In this document: piece by piece, positions 58,974 to 64,000 of the stretch
Layout of the letters: every line of letters starts with the position of its first letter
How positions within the stretch are numbered: the first letter of the stretch is position 1
Assembly (NCBI GenBank): GCA_963754655.1
Contig: CAVWGN010000001.1
Coordinates: 2,528,001-2,592,000 of the forward strand
DNA from: an uncultured Chlamydiae bacterium
GTDB lineage: Bacteria; Chlamydiota; Chlamydiia; Chlamydiales; Parachlamydiaceae
Length of the DNA stretch: 64,000 nucleotides
Direction: 5' to 3'
Translations under genes and position numbers: made by a program
Notes under the pieces: generated by a model
Seen by the model: only the letters and a program-made list of their open reading frames with translations
What the model was told of the DNA's origin: nothing
Databases searched by the model: none

Positions 58974-60806
58974 TTATGTTCTTTTTTTGCAATATAGCCT
59001 TCCTAAATTATAATTTCTTTCCTCTATATTAATTGTTGGATGAAATTCTTGAATAAAATCTTTAACTCTATTTTTCATCTCATATTGATCATTGCTAGAA
59101 TGATATCCAATGCCTGTCACAATAATAAATGGAGAGATGCTTTTTTGAGAGGTTAAGTAGTGATGAATCAGAATGCAAGCTTCTCCATAAGAAAGACCAT
59201 GACAATCTAATAGATCTTGGCCATTTTCTTGTTTTAAAGGAGAAAAATGGGCGATATCATTAAATAAGCTTTTAGCTGCTTCTAACTCTCTTTTTTGAAC
59301 GTAAAAATCCGAAAGAAGGCGAAGCGTGACTTCATCTAGCTGGATACTTACCCTATTCATTTGATTCAAGACCTGTTTGATTCCTGGAACATTTTCCTTT
59401 TTGACGAATAGATTGAGAAGCGTTGTATACGTCACTTCATCTGCATGGAGACCCGCCTCATACATTTGATCCAAGACATGTTTGACTCCTTGCGCATCTT
59501 CCCTTTTAACGTATAGATTGAGAAGCGTATTATACGTCACTTCATTTAGATCGAGATTCACCCTATTCATTTGATCTAAAACACGTTTGATTCCTCGAAT
59601 ATCTTCCTTTTTAACGTATAGATTGAGAAGCGTTGTATACGTCACTTCATCTGCATGGAGACCCGCCTCGTACATTTGATCCAAGACATGCTTGGCTCCT
59701 TGCACATCTTCCTTTTTAACGTATAAATTAAGAAGCGTATTATACGTCACTTCATTGGGATGAAGACCTGCTCTATGCATTCGATCTAAAATATTTTTGG
59801 CTCCTTGAACATCTTCCTCTTTGACGTATAGATTGAGAAGCGTATTATACGTCACTTCATTGGGATGAAGACCCGCTTTATGCATTCGATCTAAAATATT
59901 TTTGGCTCCTTGAACATCTTCATTTTTAACATATAAATTGAGAAGCGTCGTATACGTCACTTCATTTGGATCGAGACCTACTCTATGCATTTGATCTAAA
60001 ATATTTTTGGCTTCTTGAGCATCTTTCTTTTTGACATATAGATTAAGAAGCGTATTATACGTCACAATGCTAGACTCAATGCCAGCTTTTTGCATATTTT
60101 GAAATATTTGAATAGCTTGTTCAGGCTCATTGGCCTTTACATAAGCTTGAATGAATGAAGTATAGGTATAAACATCCGGCTTTAACCCTGCCTGAATCAC
60201 ATTGTCAAAAATCTTTTTTGCCGTTTTTGCTTTTTTTTCTCTTGCTGCTTGAGCAAGCGCTTGATTATAAGGCATAAGCTTTGGATCTGAACGCTGCTTA
60301 TTTGGCTTCGATGTGCCAATAGGTATTCGGCTATCAAAATTTAACTTTTCTTTTGGTGAATAGAATGAATCTGATCGATTGTCATGTTTGAAGTCTTTCT
60401 TTTCCCACTCTTGTTCGCTCTCTTTTTGTGAAGGATGCTCTGCCACTCTTTTGCCATACTCTCTATCGTTTAAATCTCTTTCTTTATCCCTTAAACCTTG
60501 TCCTTTTGTGTCTATTAAGGCTCGTTTAAATGCTCGGTCAACTTCTTCTTTTGATCTTTCCCTTTTGAGCAAGGACCGACTGCTTTCATTAACAAATGAA
60601 GCATTCGAATCTTTTGTTAAGGAATCTCGTCGTAAATATCTAAAAGAATGAGATGTTTGATTCCAATCAGATGCATGCTCTTTTTGCCTCTCTTTGAATC
60701 TTAAGCGATCTTCTTGCTTTTGCTTATCTTCTTTGCATGGAACAAAATTTGAATCTCTAGATAAAGAATCATTTTTATATGAATGATGTGAATACGTGGG
60801 ATACAT
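58974..60806 (-). CDS. Pentatricopeptide repeat protein with a C-terminal Smr domain (PPR-SMR)
   Basis: About ten 35-aa repeats (aa 177-526), then LDCHG...IIVTGIGYHS...NLGRL Smr motifs. Confidence 0.92.
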   Translation of the reverse strand: MYPTYSHHSYKNDSLSRDSNFVPCKEDKQKQEDRLRFKERQKEHASDWNQTSHSFRYLRRDSLTKDSNASFVNESSRSLLKRERSKEEVDRAFKRALIDTKGQGLRDKERDLNDREYGKRVAEHPSQKESEQEWEKKDFKHDNRSDSFYSPKEKLNFDSRIPIGTSKPNKQRSDPKLMPYNQALAQAAREKKAKTAKKIFDNVIQAGLKPDVYTYTSFIQAYVKANEPEQAIQIFQNMQKAGIESSIVTYNTLLNLYVKKKDAQEAKNILDQMHRVGLDPNEVTYTTLLNLYVKNEDVQGAKNILDRMHKAGLHPNEVTYNTLLNLYVKEEDVQGAKNILDRMHRAGLHPNEVTYNTLLNLYVKKEDVQGAKHVLDQMYEAGLHADEVTYTTLLNLYVKKEDIRGIKRVLDQMNRVNLDLNEVTYNTLLNLYVKREDAQGVKHVLDQMYEAGLHADEVTYTTLLNLFVKKENVPGIKQVLNQMNRVSIQLDEVTLRLLSDFYVQKRELEAAKSLFNDIAHFSPLKQENGQDLLDCHGLSYGEACILIHHYLTSQKSISPFIIVTGIGYHSSNDQYEMKNRVKDFIQEFHPTINIEERNYNLGRLYCKKRT

Positions 60807-60999
60807 GAGATTCTCTTTAAATTTAGTTGATATATTAAATTTTTATAATCTTAATTAATAATCAATTTATTTGAAAGATAAATTAGCTTTTAAAATAAAA
60901 ATTTGTTAATTTAATATTGAAATAATTAATTATATTAATAGTTAAAAGCAAATAATATTGATATATTTTTAAAATTTTAATTCAATAAATCATTAAAAA

Positions 61000-61175
61000 C
61001 CGAAGAGTTATCGAATGATTTAAGTATTTTATTCTCCCCAAGAAATTTGTAATCTCTATAGTAAACTCAATGATTTCGAAATGCAACGATGATGACTGAA
61101 ATATGATGCTCAGCGCCACAAAGCTGAGGATAAAGAATTCATTGAGGCTATTTGCTAGAAAATCCTCCTACTGGT
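61000..61175 (+). pseudogene. Second, shorter decayed duplicate of the lysS 3' end
   Basis: CAAGAAATTTGTAAT..TATAGTAAACTCAA...AAGAATTCATTGAGGCTATTTGCTAG...CCTCCTACTGGT. Confidence 0.85.
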
Positions 61176-61279
61176 AAAACCTCATTTAATCAGTCAAGTA
61201 CTTCGCAATCAAAACTTTCTTGGCAATTAGTTATTCTTGCAGTATGATGACCCATACTTAACTCAATAAAGGCAGGAAA

Positions 61280-61717
61280 ATGACATTAATCGAAAAAATT
61301 AATGATGATATTAAAGAATCTATGAGAAATAGAGAGACTCTCAGACTTGAAACTTTGCGTATGCTCAAATCTAAAATATTAACCGTGGATGCACGCGGCA
61401 ATCTCCCCGACATAGAAGTTGTCAAACTTTTCAAAACTTATTTGGGAAATCTCCAAGAAGCCATGGATCAGGCTCATACTGTTAACCGACCTGAGCTTGC
61501 GGAGAAATTAAAAAGTGAAATTGCAATCGTACAAGAGTTTTTACCTAAGGCTCTTTCCCACGAAGAAACTAAAAAAATCGTAGAGCAAGCCATCATAGAG
61601 TCTGGAGCCAAGACAAAAAAGGATTTAGGAATGGTGATGAAAGCAATTATGAAGATCAATTCTGGGGTAGAGGGAAAGCTTGCTAAAGATTTAGCAAATC
61701 AACTTCTTCCCGATTAA
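61280..61717 (+). CDS. GatB/YqeY domain protein
   Basis: MTLIEKINDDIKESMR..., FLPKALS, KDLGMVMK. Confidence 0.9.
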   Translation: MTLIEKINDDIKESMRNRETLRLETLRMLKSKILTVDARGNLPDIEVVKLFKTYLGNLQEAMDQAHTVNRPELAEKLKSEIAIVQEFLPKALSHEETKKIVEQAIIESGAKTKKDLGMVMKAIMKINSGVEGKLAKDLANQLLPD

Positions 61718-61874
61718 AATCAACCAATAAAACTCCACGCGACGTGCAAATTTTTTATCGTTTTTAAAAGCTAGGAAAGCGGTGTTAGCCGTCTAATCAA
61801 GCTCTAGCAAAGCGGACGGCTTCAGTCGCCGCTCTGCTAACGCTCCAAGCACTATGTAAACGAGACTAGCGTCT

Positions 61875-62972
61875 TTAACCGTTTTTAATGAGCTGATTGA
61901 TTAAAAGATTTAACTCTTGCTCCATACCCGGCAAAGAATATTTGATGGCCAGGATTAACAATTCCACGTAATGATCTTTAGAAATTTCTGTCCAATCAAG
62001 GACAGAATTGGCATCTGGCGATTGTGTGCTAGACGCTGAAGAAGAGGCGTTATCCGGTTTCTTTAATCTTTCAGCTGCTTTTAAACTGGGCTCTATAAAC
62101 TCCGGTAGCTGATAATAATAAGCACTATTGATAAGATTTACAATAGTGTCTGGCGATAAATCTGTTTTCTGATTTAAGAGCTGCAGGATGAGATCTGTAC
62201 AGTGATTAAATAAATCAGGTATCTGATATTGATGAGAGATTGCTAAAAGCTCAATGAGCAGCTCTAAATTTTGGTGAGAGGAAGCTTGTATGTTGCCTTG
62301 GTAAATAAATTGTACAAGGTTATTGACAGCCTCTGTAGAACCTTCCAAAGTGATGGTTTTGGTATTGCCTTCTTTCATTGATGAGTTCAACATGCTCTTA
62401 AAAAATTCACAGCTCGTTTTTAAAAGGAGAGAATGGACAGATATTTTCTCTGCGGTTTTGCTGATGATCGTTACATCTGTTTCGATCCCTTTCTTAGCGC
62501 AGTCTAATAAAAAGACATTTTTAATTTCTGGATTGTAGGTATAACGAGGGATGCTTTCAAAACAAAAGGGGCGAGTTTTAGGTGTCCAATAACATGAAAA
62601 ATCAAATACATGGCCAGAGGGAAGGAGTTCAGAATTAAGCGAATTTAATCCCTTGCGATTAGCATACAAATCAAAATCAAAAATCAGACCGAATTTTTTT
62701 TGAAAAATATTGCTAATTAATAGCGAAGTTGATGAATCTAGATAGCTATCTTTGAGAGTTGTCCGGCAGCTAAAGCTTTCCTTATTAGTGTTTGCAGCTT
62801 TTTTTATTGCATCAAATAAACGTTTGCACACCTCTTCGATACTGGCGGTGACTATAGGAACAAAATCTTGATATTGGCCTTTAAATACTGGTTTAATATT
62901 TTCTTTAACATAGCTGTCAATTTCAGATTGAAATCCAGTAGTAAAATCACTAATACGATTTTCTATATTCAT
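61875..62972 (-). CDS. BTB/POZ domain protein (candidate effector)
   Basis: TDVTI...ISVHSLLL...CEFFKSMLNSSMKE...ITL...LVQFIYQG BTB motif. Confidence 0.88.
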   Translation of the reverse strand: MNIENRISDFTTGFQSEIDSYVKENIKPVFKGQYQDFVPIVTASIEEVCKRLFDAIKKAANTNKESFSCRTTLKDSYLDSSTSLLISNIFQKKFGLIFDFDLYANRKGLNSLNSELLPSGHVFDFSCYWTPKTRPFCFESIPRYTYNPEIKNVFLLDCAKKGIETDVTIISKTAEKISVHSLLLKTSCEFFKSMLNSSMKEGNTKTITLEGSTEAVNNLVQFIYQGNIQASSHQNLELLIELLAISHQYQIPDLFNHCTDLILQLLNQKTDLSPDTIVNLINSAYYYQLPEFIEPSLKAAERLKKPDNASSSASSTQSPDANSVLDWTEISKDHYVELLILAIKYSLPGMEQELNLLINQLIKNG

Positions 62973-63271
62973 AACTCCCCTTTTTTTATTTTTAAATTTA
63001 AAATTGTATTAGTAATTTTAACTAAGAAATTAGTTGTTTGCAATTAAATTTACTAAAAAAATGATAAAATAAAGAAATAATTAAAGGTATGAGGGATACC
63101 ACTCTTAAGCAATAAATTCACGCGATATGCAACTTTTTTATCGTTTTTAAAAACTAAGAAAGCGGTGTTAGCCGCCTAATTAAGCTCAGAGATGCGCTTT
63201 AGCAAAGCGGACGCCTTCAAGTCGCCGCTCTGCTAACGCTTCAAGCTCTATGTAAACAAGTCCTAGCGCTT

Positions 63272-64000
63272 TTAACTGTTTTTAATGAAGTGATTGATTA
63301 AGAGATTTAACTCTTGCTCTATACCTGGCACAGAATATTTGATGGCAAAACTAAACAATTCTACGTAATGATCTTTAGAGATTTTTTTCCAATCAAGGAC
63401 AGAATCGGCATCTGGCGATTGTGCACTAGACGCTGAAGAAGAGGCGTTATCTGATTTCTTTAATCTTTCAGCCGCTTTTAAACTGGGCTCTATAAACTCC
63501 GGTAGCTGATAATAATAAGCACTATTGATAAGATTTACAATAGTGTCTGGCGATAACTCTGTTTTCCGATTTAAGAGCTGCAGGATGAGATCTGTACAGT
63601 GATTAAATAAATCAGGTATCTGATATTGATGAGAGATTACTAAAAGCTCAATGAGCAGCTCTAAATTTTGGTGAGAGGAAGCTTGTATGTTGCCTTGGTA
63701 AATAAATTGTACAAGATTATTGACAGCCTCTGTAGAACCTTCCAAAGTAATCGTTTTGGTATTACCTTCTTTCATTGATGAGTTCAACATGCTCTTAAAA
63801 AATTCACAACTCGTTTTTAAAAAGAGAGAATGGACAGATATTTTCTCTGCGGTTTTGCTGATGATCGTTACATCTGTTTCGATCCTTTTCTTAGCGCAGT
63901 CTAATAAAAAGACGTTTTTAATTTCTGGATTGTAGGTATAACGCAAAGGGATGCTTTCAAAACAAAAGGGGCGAGTTTTAGGTGTCCAATAACATGAAAA
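63272..64000 (-). CDS. BTB/POZ domain protein, tandem paralogue (5' end beyond the window)
   Basis: Near-identical to 61875-62972. The frame stays open past the TTG at 63946, which is an in-frame 3 bp insertion, to the window end. Confidence 0.88.
   Translation of the reverse strand, partial: FSCYWTPKTRPFCFESIPLRYTYNPEIKNVFLLDCAKKRIETDVTIISKTAEKISVHSLFLKTSCEFFKSMLNSSMKEGNTKTITLEGSTEAVNNLVQFIYQGNIQASSHQNLELLIELLVISHQYQIPDLFNHCTDLILQLLNRKTELSPDTIVNLINSAYYYQLPEFIEPSLKAAERLKKSDNASSSASSAQSPDADSVLDWKKISKDHYVELFSFAIKYSVPGIEQELNLLINHFIKNS

Noticed and set aside
63272..63946. 224 aa BTB ORF as a truncated pseudogene
   Set aside because: The TTG start is an in-frame 3 bp insertion; the frame continues to the window edge.

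Overview
AT-rich bacterial DNA, most likely from an environmental chlamydia (Parachlamydiaceae/Protochlamydia-like). This is inferred from gene content: a priA/rimO/lysS/mutS core, a full nuoA-N operon and many eukaryote-like proteins. Housekeeping blocks are a FAD monooxygenase, DedA, a tripartite ABC exporter, the 14-gene nuo operon, def, mutS, priA, rimO, lysS and a YqeY-domain gene. Between them lie accessory regions. (1) At 9.4-20.3 kb, a tandemly duplicated module: F-box-like/LRR gene, IS200-type HUH tyrosine transposase copies and 400-630 bp near-perfect palindromes built from REP-like hairpins. There are four palindromes in the window; one is split by an IS481-family element and one has a flipped central loop. 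(2) At 0.4-1.2 kb, a nested MITE/REPIN structure. (3) Downstream of lysS, two decayed copies of the lysS 3' end that bracket eukaryote-like genes: a three-repeat Myb protein, an LRR protein and a PPR-SMR protein whose PPR code reads about UAYAYUAUG. (4) Further LRR and BTB/POZ paralogues. No rRNA, tRNA or CRISPR array was recognised.
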